Of a DNA stretch of 64,000 nt, positions 41,702 through 51,050 are shown piece after piece. The stretch lies in contig CAWCBP010000008.1 in assembly GCA_963793865.1 (NCBI GenBank), positions 384,001-448,000 on the forward strand, in the 5' to 3' direction. The DNA comes from an uncultured delta proteobacterium. Lineage in GTDB: Bacteria > Desulfobacterota > WTBG01. Under the pieces are notes generated by a model. It was not told where the DNA came from. It saw only the letters and a program-made list of their open reading frames with translations, and did not search any database. The translations under genes were made by a program, and so were the position numbers. The number at the start of each line of letters is the position of its first letter. The stretch's first letter is position 1.

Positions 41702-41971
41702 ATGCCAATGAAAACATTATCACTCTCAGAGGCCAAAATGAAATTGAGCGGTCTCATAGAGAAGGTCAGTGATACTGATGAAGAAATCATCATCACCAAA
41801 AACGGACGTCCGGCTGCGGTGCTGGTGAGTCCTGATGAATTCGAGAGTTGGAAGGAAACGATCACGGTTCGTTCTGATGCCGGCTTAATGCAGGAAATCA
41901 GGAAGGGCCTGAAGGCATTGCGGGCAAAAAAAGCAAAACTGTATACCCTTGAAGAGCTCTTCACCTCATAG
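41702..41971 (+). CDS. Phd/YefM-family antitoxin
   Basis: SEAK.KLS.LI, IITKNGRPAAVLVS..EFES..ET. Confidence 0.92.
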   Translation: MPMKTLSLSEAKMKLSGLIEKVSDTDEEIIITKNGRPAAVLVSPDEFESWKETITVRSDAGLMQEIRKGLKALRAKKAKLYTLEELFTS

Positions 41972-41992
41972 ACCATCGGGAATACATGCCCA

Positions 41993-42280
41993 ATGCATAA
42001 ACTGAGGATTCCTGATGAGACTGTGGCGCTGATCCGCAATCTCCATCCGCAGATAAAGAAGAAAGTAAGGGCTTCTCTAGAGGCAATCTTATCCGACCCG
42101 TATTCCGGCAAGGCTTTAAAAGACGAACTTGCCGGATTACGAACATTTCGAGTGAGCCGTTTCAGGATAGTCTACAGGATCGTCCGTAACAAAGCAATTG
42201 AGATTATCGCATTCGGGCCCCGCGAGCGCATATACGAAGATACTTTTCGAATCATGAAATTCAAATCTCCCGGCAGGTAA
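41993..42280 (+). CDS. RelE/ParE-family toxin
   Basis: P..GK.L...L.G.R..RV..FRIVY.I, G.R..IY. Confidence 0.88.
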   Translation: MHKLRIPDETVALIRNLHPQIKKKVRASLEAILSDPYSGKALKDELAGLRTFRVSRFRIVYRIVRNKAIEIIAFGPRERIYEDTFRIMKFKSPGR

Positions 42281-42290
42281 GTAGATAAAG

Positions 42291-42346
42291 GGGGACGCCC
42301 TTAAATATCTAAAATTCTTGAAACTTAGATATTTAAGGGCGTCCCC
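42291..42346. repeat. GGGAC-family hairpin with perfect 22-bp arms between convergent genes
   Basis: ggggacgcccttaaatatctaa / ttagatatttaagggcgtcccc. Confidence 0.85.
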
Positions 42347-42375
42347 TTCTTTGGGCTCTTCGCTTTTGGTTTGCG

Positions 42376-43248
42376 TTAAATCACCTTGTTCAGGCTGTAT
42401 TCAATGATGCCCTCGGCGCCGCACTTTCGCAGCTTGGGTATCAGCTCTCTCACGGTAAATTCCGATATGATGGTTTCAACCGACATCCATTCCTGCTGAT
42501 AAAGGCTGGCCACGGTGGGGGCATTGAGGCTGGGAAGCAATGCAATTACCTGCTTCAGCTTGTTTTTGGGAACGTTCATTTTGAGTCCCACCATTCCGTC
42601 CGCCCGCAGCGCCCCCTGCAGCAGGAGGGAGATCTGTTCAATCTTTTCCAGTTTCCAGGGATCTTTCATTGATTTTTTGTTGGCAATCAGCTGGGTGTTG
42701 GTTTCCATCAGGTCCTTTATAATCCTGAGCCCATGGGCCTTGATGGTGCTGCCCGTTTCGGTTACCTCAACAATCGCGTCCGCCAGGCCCTCAACCACCT
42801 TTGCCTCGGTCGCGCCCCATGAAAACTCAACTTCAACATTGATACGCCGCTTGGCGAAATAGTCTTTGGTAAAATTTACCAGCTCGGTCGCAATTTTTTT
42901 GCCTTTCAAATCTTCCAGGCGCTTGATGGGGGAGCTGTCACGCACTGCCAGGACCCAGCGCGCCGGCTTCAGGCTTGCTTTTGAGTAAACAAGATCAGTG
43001 ATCACGGAAACATCCGACCTGTTTTCCATGATCCAGTCCTTGCCGGTCAGGCCCAGATCCAGGGTTCCATCTTCAACATAGCGTGACATCTCCTGTGCCC
43101 TGATCAGGGTGCAGGAGAGCGTATCATCGTTAACGTCCGGGAAATAGTTTCTGGAGCTGATGGATATCTTCCACCCTGATTTCTTGAAGAGTTCGATGGT
43201 TGCATTCTCAAGACTTCCTTTGGGAATGCCCAGCTTGAGTTTTTTCAT
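42376..43248 (-). CDS. hisG: ATP phosphoribosyltransferase, long form
   Basis: IPKGSL, RAQEM, GLTGKDW, SWGATE and [11 protein letters not shown]-terminal regulatory domain. Confidence 0.96.
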   Translation of the reverse strand: MKKLKLGIPKGSLENATIELFKKSGWKISISSRNYFPDVNDDTLSCTLIRAQEMSRYVEDGTLDLGLTGKDWIMENRSDVSVITDLVYSKASLKPARWVLAVRDSSPIKRLEDLKGKKIATELVNFTKDYFAKRRINVEVEFSWGATEAKVVEGLADAIVEVTETGSTIKAHGLRIIKDLMETNTQLIANKKSMKDPWKLEKIEQISLLLQGALRADGMVGLKMNVPKNKLKQVIALLPSLNAPTVASLYQQEWMSVETIISEFTVRELIPKLRKCGAEGIIEYSLNKVI

Positions 43249-43422
43249 TGTGTCTACCTCCCGGAAATGGCAATAGCGAAAGAAGATCTTTGTTCTATAA
43301 CTTGTGGTATTTCATTAACATTGTACTGATGGTGCGTCAAGCTGAAAAGGCTCACCAAAGATTGTCGATCAGCTCATACATATACAAATCTGATAATTTT
43401 TTCTCAGAGACGTTGGCAACCG

Positions 43423-43472
43423 GTAGGAGCGACTTAAAGCGGCGAATATATCGCGTCTGAAGGCGCTCCTCC
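43423..43472. repeat. GTAGGAGCG REPIN-like doublet (degenerate)
   Basis: gtaggagcgacttaaagcggcgaatatatcgcgtctgaaggcgctcctcc. Confidence 0.8.
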
Positions 43473-43500
43473 CGACAGTTCAGATATCTTTGGCTGGTTT

Positions 43501-44034
43501 TTATTCGCAGTCGCAACCCTTAATCAGCGCAAGGCCCTTTCTGTAGCGGCCCGCAAGTTCCTGGTAGTGCTGCAGTCCGGCGGAAAATTTCTCCTTACCC
43601 TCCTCGTCGATTGCTTTTACGATCCGTCCCGGATTGCCGACCATGATTTTCCCCGCGGGAATGGTAACCCCTTCCCTGACAAGTGTTGCGGCTCCGATGA
43701 CCGCTTCTTCCTCGGCAATCACCCCGTTCATAAGCAGCGCGCCCATTCCCACCATCACCCGGGATTTTAAAACCACGTCATGGATAATGGCACCGTGGCC
43801 TACGATAATATCGTCGCCAATGACAACCTTCCTGTCAGCATGAACCACGCAATTGTCCTGGATGCTGGTACCCCTTCCTATTTCAATCACGCCGCAATCG
43901 CCCCGAAGCACGGCGCCCGGGCCGATAAAACAGCCACTCCCGATGGTGACCGCCCCGATGACGGTGGCGCAGGGATGGACATAGGCATCATCGGCGATCT
44001 GCGGTGTTTTCCCTTCAAATGCATAGAGTGACAT
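43501..44034 (-). CDS. Gamma carbonic anhydrase family hexapeptide-repeat protein
   Basis: AVLRGD, IQDNCVVH and VGHGAIIH; RBS AAGGAGG. Confidence 0.92.
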   Translation of the reverse strand: MSLYAFEGKTPQIADDAYVHPCATVIGAVTIGSGCFIGPGAVLRGDCGVIEIGRGTSIQDNCVVHADRKVVIGDDIIVGHGAIIHDVVLKSRVMVGMGALLMNGVIAEEEAVIGAATLVREGVTIPAGKIMVGNPGRIVKAIDEEGKEKFSAGLQHYQELAGRYRKGLALIKGCDCE

Positions 44035-44275
44035 GTTTGGACCTCCTTTACCGAAAACACGCTCCATGATTATGCTTATGCTGACTTGTCTTTTTTAACA
44101 CGGCACTATATGTCGCAACGGTGATGCTGTCAATACCGGTTCTTCCCCTTAAGGGTTGCGCATGGTTTACTCACCTGCTGTTCTGTGGTATAGGGATCAG
44201 TGTGGATTTTTTCCGGAGCACCCGATGAGCATGTGATCCTTAAAATAGGATGCAGTGCATCGCAGGTAGACACTG

Positions 44276-45013
44276 ATGAAAAATATAAAAATGGTCATTG
44301 CCTATGACGGTGGCAACTATAATGGATGGCAGCTCCAGAAGACAGGTGCCACCATTCAAGGTGTCCTCGAGGCGGCGCTGGGACAAATTCTGAACCGGCA
44401 GACCAGGGTGATCGGCTCGGGGCGGACCGATGCGGGGGTGCATGCGCTCAACCAGGTCGCACATTTTATTACCGAAACCACCCTTGATCTGACATCGCTG
44501 CACCGGGGCTTAAACAGCCTGCTGCCGCCGGATGTGGTGGTAAAGGAGATGAACGAGGCCCCGCCTGATTTTCATGCCCGCTTCAGTGCGCGGAGCAGGG
44601 TCTATCAGTACTTCATCTGGAACAACCGTACGCGCTCACCGTTTTACGGGCGCTACTCCTGGCAGGTGCACGACCATCTGGATAGCGATGCGATGAGCCA
44701 TGCCTCCGGGTGTCTTATGGGGTGGCATGACTTTGCCTCTTTTCAGGGAACCGGCAGCGTCTGCAAGACCAGTGAGCGGGAGGTGATGCGATGTGCCATC
44801 AGGGGGAGGGCGGGGAGATGGATCATATTTACCGTCGAGGCCAACGCCTTTCTCAGGCATATGGTTCGCAGCATAGTCGGCACCCTGGTTGAGGTGGGAA
44901 GGGGCCGCATGACTTCGGAAGAGTTCAGGGCGATTCTCGAAGCCGGGGACAGAAGCCGCGCGGGCGTTACGGCTCCGCCCCAGGGGCTGTTTCTCAAGCA
45001 CGTGAAGTATTAG
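44276..45013 (+). CDS. truA: tRNA pseudouridine(38-40) synthase
   Basis: YDG..Y.GWQ, GRTDAGVHA, FHARFSA, FLRHMVR and TAPPQGLFL. Confidence 0.97.
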   Translation: MKNIKMVIAYDGGNYNGWQLQKTGATIQGVLEAALGQILNRQTRVIGSGRTDAGVHALNQVAHFITETTLDLTSLHRGLNSLLPPDVVVKEMNEAPPDFHARFSARSRVYQYFIWNNRTRSPFYGRYSWQVHDHLDSDAMSHASGCLMGWHDFASFQGTGSVCKTSEREVMRCAIRGRAGRWIIFTVEANAFLRHMVRSIVGTLVEVGRGRMTSEEFRAILEAGDRSRAGVTAPPQGLFLKHVKY

Positions 45014-45168
45014 CAGGCTGGTGAAAAACACCCATCTGCTGCGTTACGCTCATCCTTCGTCATTGCAGCGTACCGGAATGTACGCCTCATTCCTCAGGAT
45101 TTCGCGTGCCTTGCATCTGGATGTTTTTGACCAGCCTGGGGAAAACCAATTTTTCAACAACCAGTTAG
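45011..45168. mobile_element. CAGGCTG-ended MITE with an extra outer right end
   Basis: About 125 bp near-identical to 50525-50654. The left end directly follows the truA TAG; inner right end tttttgaccagcctg, outer right end tttttcaacaaccagttag. Confidence 0.85.
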
Positions 45169-45234
45169 AGTCAAAAGTCAGCAGCCTGTAAAATTTAATC
45201 TGTGCTCACACATATTCATACAGGAGGTGGAACA

Positions 45235-45579
45235 ATGTATCAAAAATATCTTATTGCGTGTGCAGCCTGCGTCCTGGCCCTGTGTTTTGCCGCCTGCACG
45301 CAGGAGTCACAGAATCGCATCAGCCGCAGCATACAGAACTGGACCGGCACAGACGGCGTGCTTGATGTCTATGCGGGCGACAAGCTCATGAAGCGGTTTA
45401 TCAAGATTGATAAAATGTCGACCGCACTCGGCACCGGTGACGGGGATGCCCGCTCATACCGCTACGGCTACGGGCATATCGACGCGAATTTCAATTTGCA
45501 GGTCGACCCGGGGGAAAAGAAGACCTACTTCGAGGTGAGCGATTTTTCCACCTACATTTTTTATGAAAATCCACTGTGA
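45235..45579 (+). CDS. Hypothetical lipoprotein
   Basis: RBS AGGAGGT and lipobox FAAC. Confidence 0.75.
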   Translation: MYQKYLIACAACVLALCFAACTQESQNRISRSIQNWTGTDGVLDVYAGDKLMKRFIKIDKMSTALGTGDGDARSYRYGYGHIDANFNLQVDPGEKKTYFEVSDFSTYIFYENPL

Positions 45580-45635
45580 GGCAGGAAAAAGGTAAAAAGT
45601 GGGATGTGGGATCCCACAACTTCTTCCTCCCTCCT

Positions 45636-46364
45636 CTACCTTCCTTCTGCGAGCCGCGAGGCCAGAAAGGTCGGAAGCCCCGCGGCAACGATCTTTCCGC
45701 TGGGTGCTCTTGATGTCATAGGAAACCCGTTTAGAGTGAAGGAGCCTTCCTCGGGTCTATAAATGACGTATGCAGCACGCGGATCTCCGTCACGGGGCTG
45801 GCCGACGCTGCCGACATTGATAAGATATCGGTGTGACTCAAGCAGGGTGAAGGTCGAGTCCCAAATAACCGAGATGGTGCCCTCTTTATCCTGAGCAAAG
45901 ACTATGGGGTAATGCGAATGGCCGGTGAGGCATACCTGCTGATCGAAATGGTGGAAGCTCATTGCGGCATCGTCCGGGGAAAAAATATAGTCCCAGGACT
46001 CCGGCTGGCAGGGGGTGGCGTGTACCAGCAGCATGCCGGGCAGGCACAAGGTCAGAGGCAGTCCCTTGAGATAAGCCGAATGATCGGCGGTAATGATACC
46101 TGCAGTCCATTCCACGGCAGCCCGGGCCTCAGGGTTAAAGCAACTGGTGTCGGCCAATCCTGCCACCGCCCAATCGTGATTGCCGGCCACCACATGGGAG
46201 GTGAGACCGCGAAGCGTCTCGATACACTGGTCGGGATCGGCGGCATATCCAACAACGTCACCGAGGCACAGAACCTGATCAACCCGCTCATGTGCCATGT
46301 CCTTCAGCACCGCCTGGAACGATTCAAGGTTACTGTGTATGTCCGAGAGGATGATTATGCTCAT
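45636..46364 (-). CDS. Metallophosphoesterase family protein; local compensating -1/+1 indels near the C-terminus
   Basis: SDIHSN, LGDVVGY, GNHD, GHSH and NVGSVGQPRDGDPRA; the family-typical KRVSYDI is present in an alternate frame at 45696-45732. Confidence 0.9.
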   Translation of the reverse strand: MSIIILSDIHSNLESFQAVLKDMAHERVDQVLCLGDVVGYAADPDQCIETLRGLTSHVVAGNHDWAVAGLADTSCFNPEARAAVEWTAGIITADHSAYLKGLPLTLCLPGMLLVHATPCQPESWDYIFSPDDAAMSFHHFDQQVCLTGHSHYPIVFAQDKEGTISVIWDSTFTLLESHRYLINVGSVGQPRDGDPRAAYVIYRPEEGSFTLNGFPMTSRAPSGKIVAAGLPTFLASRLAEGR

Positions 46365-46580
46365 AATGATTGTAGCTCTATCATTCCATTTAAGGAAAAT
46401 TTACATTTAAACGTAAGGTAAGTCAACCGCGACTTGGGAAACTCGCACATCGCACTCACGGCCCTTGAAGGACACAAGTTGAAGCTACTTTCAATGAAGC
46501 CGGGGGATATGGCAATGAACGAGTAATATTGATGCCAATGTGAACGGTCAGATATATAGTTACCAATTAAAAATAAACTT

Positions 46581-46658
46581 ATAATAAGAGGGACTTGATC
46601 CACACGCCTCCCCTTTCTCATCATCCCCACTGGCCAATATGCCGGTGGGGAGTTTTTT
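46581..46658 (+). ncRNA. Candidate structured RNA or repeat, copy 1, ending in an intrinsic terminator
   Basis: ATAATAAGAGGGACTTG-N15-CTTTCTCATCAT-CCCCACTGGC(caatat)GCCGGTGGGG-AGTTTTTT. Confidence 0.4.
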
Positions 46659-46722
46659 AATGGACAGATTTTGAGACTCTGGTATAAAGGGAGTATAGTT
46701 AGTGTTCCTATAAGGAGTGATT

Positions 46723-47088
46723 ATGAAAAAAATATTGCTGATTACAATTCTATTTCTTGGTTTTATGCCCAATAGTCTAAAGGCTGATACCTATTTGATT
46801 TATCAGCGTTATAATTGCCAAGAGTTTCAAACCCATTTGAGCTTTGAAGATGATGGCAGTCTTACTATATTGACGAACGATGGTGTTTCTAGGGGGAATT
46901 ATGAGCAATATGGGATATTTTTTAAAGCGGAGTGTTCAGGGTTCAACAAGCAAGGTAATTTTGCGTGTTGGTCTTATATCGGCTTTTTTATGCAACCGTT
47001 TATTTTTGGACTTGAGAATGATTATCTAACTTGTGACTCAAAAATAACAGTATTTAGGACCCGCTTTTGGGGATATCTATTGTATTGA
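46723..47088 (+). CDS. AT-rich orphan exported protein
   Basis: RBS AAGGAG and signal peptide MKKILLITILFLGFMPNSLKA; visibly lower G+C than the flanking genes. Confidence 0.75.
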   Translation: MKKILLITILFLGFMPNSLKADTYLIYQRYNCQEFQTHLSFEDDGSLTILTNDGVSRGNYEQYGIFFKAECSGFNKQGNFACWSYIGFFMQPFIFGLENDYLTCDSKITVFRTRFWGYLLY

Positions 47089-47151
47089 AGAAGTCTTCAT
47101 TGTCACTCTCTTACATCTAACGACAGGCTTATAAGCACTGAAGAGAAAACC

Positions 47152-47227
47152 ATAACAAGAGGGACTTGTACCCGATTCTCCTTTCTCATCATCCCCACCA
47201 GCCCGCACGCTGATGGGGAGTTTTTTT
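47152..47227 (+). ncRNA. Candidate structured RNA or repeat, copy 2, ending in an intrinsic terminator
   Basis: ATAACAAGAGGGACTTG-N12-CTTTCTCATCAT-CCCCACCAGC(ccgcac)GCTGATGGGG-AGTTTTTTT. Confidence 0.4.
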
Positions 47228-47448
47228 GTGAAATATGATTTCCGCACGTTCAGCGCTAAACGTGCGGATTTTTGTCAAGAGCAGCAGGGGTTTCGGCCGC
47301 AGTGCCCGTGTGGAACTGAATGAAAAAACATTGATTTTTTTCGGAGGTTCATATATTGATAGTACACTTTCCACCTGTTGATGAACCAACCGGCGCTGTG
47401 CCGGCTTTTACTAAGCAGGTTTCCCTGCGCTTATTTTGAGGTGATGAC

Positions 47449-48534
47449 TTGAAGAAACAAAGTGATCTTGACGGGCTGCGCAATGAGATTGACCGGATCA
47501 ATGGGGAGATCTTGAAGCTCCTCAACCGGCGCGCTGAGCTGGCCATAGAGGTCGGCAAGGTCAAGCGGGAGATGAAAAGCGACTTCCATGTGCTTGACCG
47601 TGAGCATAAAATCTATCAAAAACTTGAGAAGATGAACAAGGGTCCTTTTCCCAACAGCGCCATCCGCCCGGTGTTCAGGGAAATAATCTCAGCGTCCCTG
47701 TCCCTCGAGCATGAGCTGCGCGTCGTATACCTCGGGCCCGAGGCCACCTTCTCTCATCTTGCCGCCATCAAGCAGTTCGGACAGTCGGCAACATTTGTGC
47801 AGAGCAGGAGCCTGAGGGACATTTTTACCATGGTGGAGCACGATGAATACGATTACGGCGTGGTGCCCATAGAAAACACCACCGAGGGTGTGGTGAATCC
47901 CACCCTGGACATGTTTATTGATTCGCCGCTTAAAATCGCCGCCGAGATTCTCCTGGTGGTTTCCCATCACCTCTTATCAAAGAAGGGGACGCTGCAGGGG
48001 ATCAAGGAGATCCATTCCCATGCCCAGGCCATCGCCCAGTGCAACGGCTGGCTGGAGCGGAATGTGCCCACCATCCCCGCGGTGGAGGTGTTCAGCACCG
48101 CCAAGGCCGCCGAGACCGCGGCGCACAATCCCCGGGTGGCTGCCATTGCCGGCGAATTTGCCGCGAACTTTTACGGCCTCAAGCCCATCTATAAAAATAT
48201 TGAGGACAATGACAAAAACATCACCCGCTTCTGGGTGATCAGCAAGCGGCCCACCGGACCCACCGGCGAGGATAAAACCTCGATCATGCTGTCCATCAAG
48301 GACGGGGTGGGGGCCCTGCACAAGACGCTGCAGCCCTTTGCGCGGCACCGGATTAACATGACCAAGATTGAATCGCGTCCCTTCCGGCAGCGGCCCTGGG
48401 AGTACATCTTCTTCATTGATATCGAAGGTAATGCGGAGGATCCCGGTGTAAAAAAGGCGCTGGCGGCAGTGAAGCCGACGGTCCAGTTTTTGAAAATTCT
48501 CGGCTCGTATCCCCGGAGCGAGTCAAAGACCTGA
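47449..48534 (+). CDS. pheA: Chorismate mutase/prephenate dehydratase (P-protein)
   Basis: LR.EID.I, YLGPE.TFS, VVPIEN, N.TRF and KIESRP (ACT domain). Confidence 0.97.
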   Translation: MKKQSDLDGLRNEIDRINGEILKLLNRRAELAIEVGKVKREMKSDFHVLDREHKIYQKLEKMNKGPFPNSAIRPVFREIISASLSLEHELRVVYLGPEATFSHLAAIKQFGQSATFVQSRSLRDIFTMVEHDEYDYGVVPIENTTEGVVNPTLDMFIDSPLKIAAEILLVVSHHLLSKKGTLQGIKEIHSHAQAIAQCNGWLERNVPTIPAVEVFSTAKAAETAAHNPRVAAIAGEFAANFYGLKPIYKNIEDNDKNITRFWVISKRPTGPTGEDKTSIMLSIKDGVGALHKTLQPFARHRINMTKIESRPFRQRPWEYIFFIDIEGNAEDPGVKKALAAVKPTVQFLKILGSYPRSESKT

Positions 48535-48540
48535 GCAAAG

Positions 48541-49638
48541 ATGAAACCTCTTGTCAAAGAGTGCATCGCCCGAATACCTGCCTATAAGCCCGGAAAGCCC
48601 ATCGAAGAGCTTGAGAGGGAGCTGGGCATTACCGGGGCGATAAAGCTGGCCTCCAATGAAAACCCGCTGGGGCCGTCCCCGAAGGCCATGGATGCCATCA
48701 GGGAATCGTTGTCCGGGATACACCGCTATCCCGATACGCACGCGTTTTACCTGAAAGAGAAATTGGCCCGGAAGCTCGGGTTCGCGCCGGACAGCATTAT
48801 CATGGGTAACGGTTCGGATGAGATTATCCACATGATTGCCCAGACCTTTCTCCTGCCGGGCGAGGAGGTCATCATGGGTGATCCGACCTTTTCCTTTTAC
48901 CGGATCGTGGTCGCGGCAGCCGGGGCAACAGAGGTGCCGGTCCCGCTTAAGAATTTTTCCTATGATCTGTCCGCCATGGCCGGCGCTGTTTCTGAAAGAA
49001 CAAAGCTGATTTTTATAAATACCCCGATCAATCCCACCGGCACCATCATTCATAAGGATGACTTCGAAACGTTCCTGGGGAAGATACCGGCGGATGTGAT
49101 CCTGGTCATGGATGAGGCGTACGTAGAGTATGTTACGGACAGCTCATATCCTGATACCTTGAAGTATGTGGGTCCCGGGAAAAAAATGGTGGTTCTGCGC
49201 ACCTTTTCAAAAATATACGGCCTCGCCGGTCTGCGGATCGGATACGGCATTGCCGACCCCTCCCTTATTTCATGCCTGCATAAAATAAGGGGTCCCTTTA
49301 ATACCAACCTTCTGGCGCAGAAGGCGGCCGCGGCCGCGCTTGACGACGACGAGCATGTGAAGCGGTCGCTTGCCGTTAATCAGGAGGGGCTGCGCTATTT
49401 GTACGGTGAGATTGACAAGCTGGGCATGGAGTGCCTCCCCACCCAGGCTAATTTTTTCCTGGTCAGGATAGGGGAGAAGGCGGGGCGCCTCTATGAGGCG
49501 CTGCTCCATGAAGGGGTAATTGTTCGCCACATGTCGGGCGGCGCGCTGGAACAGTACCTGCGGATCACCGTGGGCCTGCCGTCGGAGAATGAAAGGCTGG
49601 TCAGGGCATTACAGAAGGTGCTCGCTGATTTATCGTAA
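48541..49638 (+). CDS. hisC: Histidinol-phosphate aminotransferase
   Basis: KLASNENPLG, GNGSDE, DEAY and RTFSKIYGLAGLRIGY. Confidence 0.95.
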   Translation: MKPLVKECIARIPAYKPGKPIEELERELGITGAIKLASNENPLGPSPKAMDAIRESLSGIHRYPDTHAFYLKEKLARKLGFAPDSIIMGNGSDEIIHMIAQTFLLPGEEVIMGDPTFSFYRIVVAAAGATEVPVPLKNFSYDLSAMAGAVSERTKLIFINTPINPTGTIIHKDDFETFLGKIPADVILVMDEAYVEYVTDSSYPDTLKYVGPGKKMVVLRTFSKIYGLAGLRIGYGIADPSLISCLHKIRGPFNTNLLAQKAAAAALDDDEHVKRSLAVNQEGLRYLYGEIDKLGMECLPTQANFFLVRIGEKAGRLYEALLHEGVIVRHMSGGALEQYLRITVGLPSENERLVRALQKVLADLS

Positions 49639-49658
49639 TCATAAGGAGATTGCGCTTC

Positions 49659-50522
49659 ATGAGTCTGCTGTTTGAAAAGATGGCCGTGGTGGGGGTGGGA
49701 TTGATCGGCGGGTCTCTCGCCCAGGCGGTCAAGCAGCGCAAGGTGGTTGGTGAAGTCCTGGGGATCGGCCGGGACGCACGGCGCCTGGAACAGGCAAAGG
49801 AGCGGGGAATTATAGATGCCTATGCCGCCTGCATTGATGAAACACTTGCCACAGCGGACCTGATCGTTGTTGCCACGCCGGTCGGGCTTATCGTTGACCT
49901 CATACAAGAGATGGTCCCCTTTCTCAAGGAAGGCACGATTATTACCGACGCCGGCAGCGTGAAAACCGCCATCGTGCGGCAGGCTGAATCGTGCGTTCCC
50001 GGCACGCTCTTCTTTGTCGGCAGCCATCCCATTGCCGGAACCGAGAATTCAGGGTTTGAAAGCTCCTTCCCGGCACTTTTCAATGACCGGAAGTGCATCA
50101 TTACCCCGGTCGCCGGCACAAACCAGGCGGCGCTGGAAAAGGTCAAGGGGCTCTGGTCGGCGGTTGGCGCCAATGTGGTGTGCATGGACTGCGAGGAGCA
50201 CGACCGGATTTTCGCCGCGGTGAGCCATCTCCCGCACCTGGTTGCCTACAGCATGGTCAACTGCCTGCTGACCATCGACGGGTTTGAGGAAAATATTTTT
50301 TCCTTTTCCGCCGGCGGGTTCAAGGACTTCAGCCGCATTGCCGCAAGCCATCCCGAAATGTGGAAGGATATCGTTTTGATGAATAAGGACAAGCTGCTTC
50401 CCGCCCTTACCGTATTCCAGAATTACGTAAGCGAGCTAAAAGCAGCCGTCGAGCGGGGCGATGCCGACAAACTGCTTTCCGAGTTTACCAGGGCGCGGAC
50501 ATTTAGAAGGCTGCTCAAGTAG
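49659..50522 (+). CDS. tyrA: Prephenate/arogenate dehydrogenase
   Basis: GVGLIGGS, DAGSVK, HPIAGTE, HD...A.VSHLPH and RIAAS. Confidence 0.93.
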   Translation: MSLLFEKMAVVGVGLIGGSLAQAVKQRKVVGEVLGIGRDARRLEQAKERGIIDAYAACIDETLATADLIVVATPVGLIVDLIQEMVPFLKEGTIITDAGSVKTAIVRQAESCVPGTLFFVGSHPIAGTENSGFESSFPALFNDRKCIITPVAGTNQAALEKVKGLWSAVGANVVCMDCEEHDRIFAAVSHLPHLVAYSMVNCLLTIDGFEENIFSFSAGGFKDFSRIAASHPEMWKDIVLMNKDKLLPALTVFQNYVSELKAAVERGDADKLLSEFTRARTFRRLLK

Positions 50523-50524
50523 CA

Positions 50525-50654
50525 AGCAGGCTGTTGAAAAACGCCCATTTGCTGCGTTACGCTCATCCTTCGTCATTGCAGCGTACTTGCATGTACGCCT
50601 CATTCCTCAGGATTTCGCGTGCCTTGCATCTGGATGTTTTTGAACAGCCTGCTA
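50525..50654. mobile_element. CAGGCTG-ended MITE
   Basis: agcaggctgttgaaaaac...gtttttgaacagcctgcta; begins 2 nt after the tyrA stop codon. Confidence 0.85.
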
Positions 50655-50683
50655 GGACGGAGTGCCGCCGGCTGCTTTTTAGC

Positions 50684-50746
50684 TTGACACCGATTTTATC
50701 ACTGATTAGTATTGCGCTCGGCCGGTATAGAGAGCCGGCCTTTTTT
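50684..50746 (+). promoter_or_regulatory. Sigma70-like promoter followed immediately by a terminator-like hairpin
   Basis: TTGACA-N17-TAGTAT, then ggccgg-tatagagag-ccggcc-tttttt. Confidence 0.5.
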
Positions 50747-50779
50747 ACAGTAATATGCAACACAGGTTTTTTAGATTGA

Positions 50780-51002
50780 TGTCACCCTGAACCCTTCGAT
50801 TCCACTCAGGGTAAACTCCTTGAAGGGTCTCACATATTGAACACGAAAACCGGTAGAGGCAACCGGCCGGTTGCCCCTACATTTGTACTGAGATTCTTCG
50901 GCTGACGCCTCAGAATGACAGACAAGGGACACAGGGTGACAAGAGAATTACTAAGGATATCAGGATCATTTGATTTGTCATTCTGAGTGGAACGAAGGAT
51001 CT
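50780..51002. repeat. Nested REP cluster upstream of the ABC operon
   Basis: TGTCA...TGACA arms (50780-50830, 50891-50920) enclose a GTAG palindrome (50853-50880); a further TGTCA half lies at 50976-51002. Confidence 0.75.
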
Positions 51003-51050
51003 TGTCTCTGCCGGCATGTCCGGGTTCATCTGTTTTATTAAGGGTTCTGT

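Noticed and set aside
46400..46560. Non-coding stretch as 6S, SRP or riboswitch RNA
   Set aside because: No diagnostic motif was recognised by eye; an Infernal search would be needed.
47166..47214. His-containing leader peptide (TTG-YPILLSHHPHQPAR) as an attenuator for pheA-hisC-tyrA
   Set aside because: The TTG is only 1 nt from the purine tract, the His codons abut the terminator stem, and a second copy precedes an unrelated gene.
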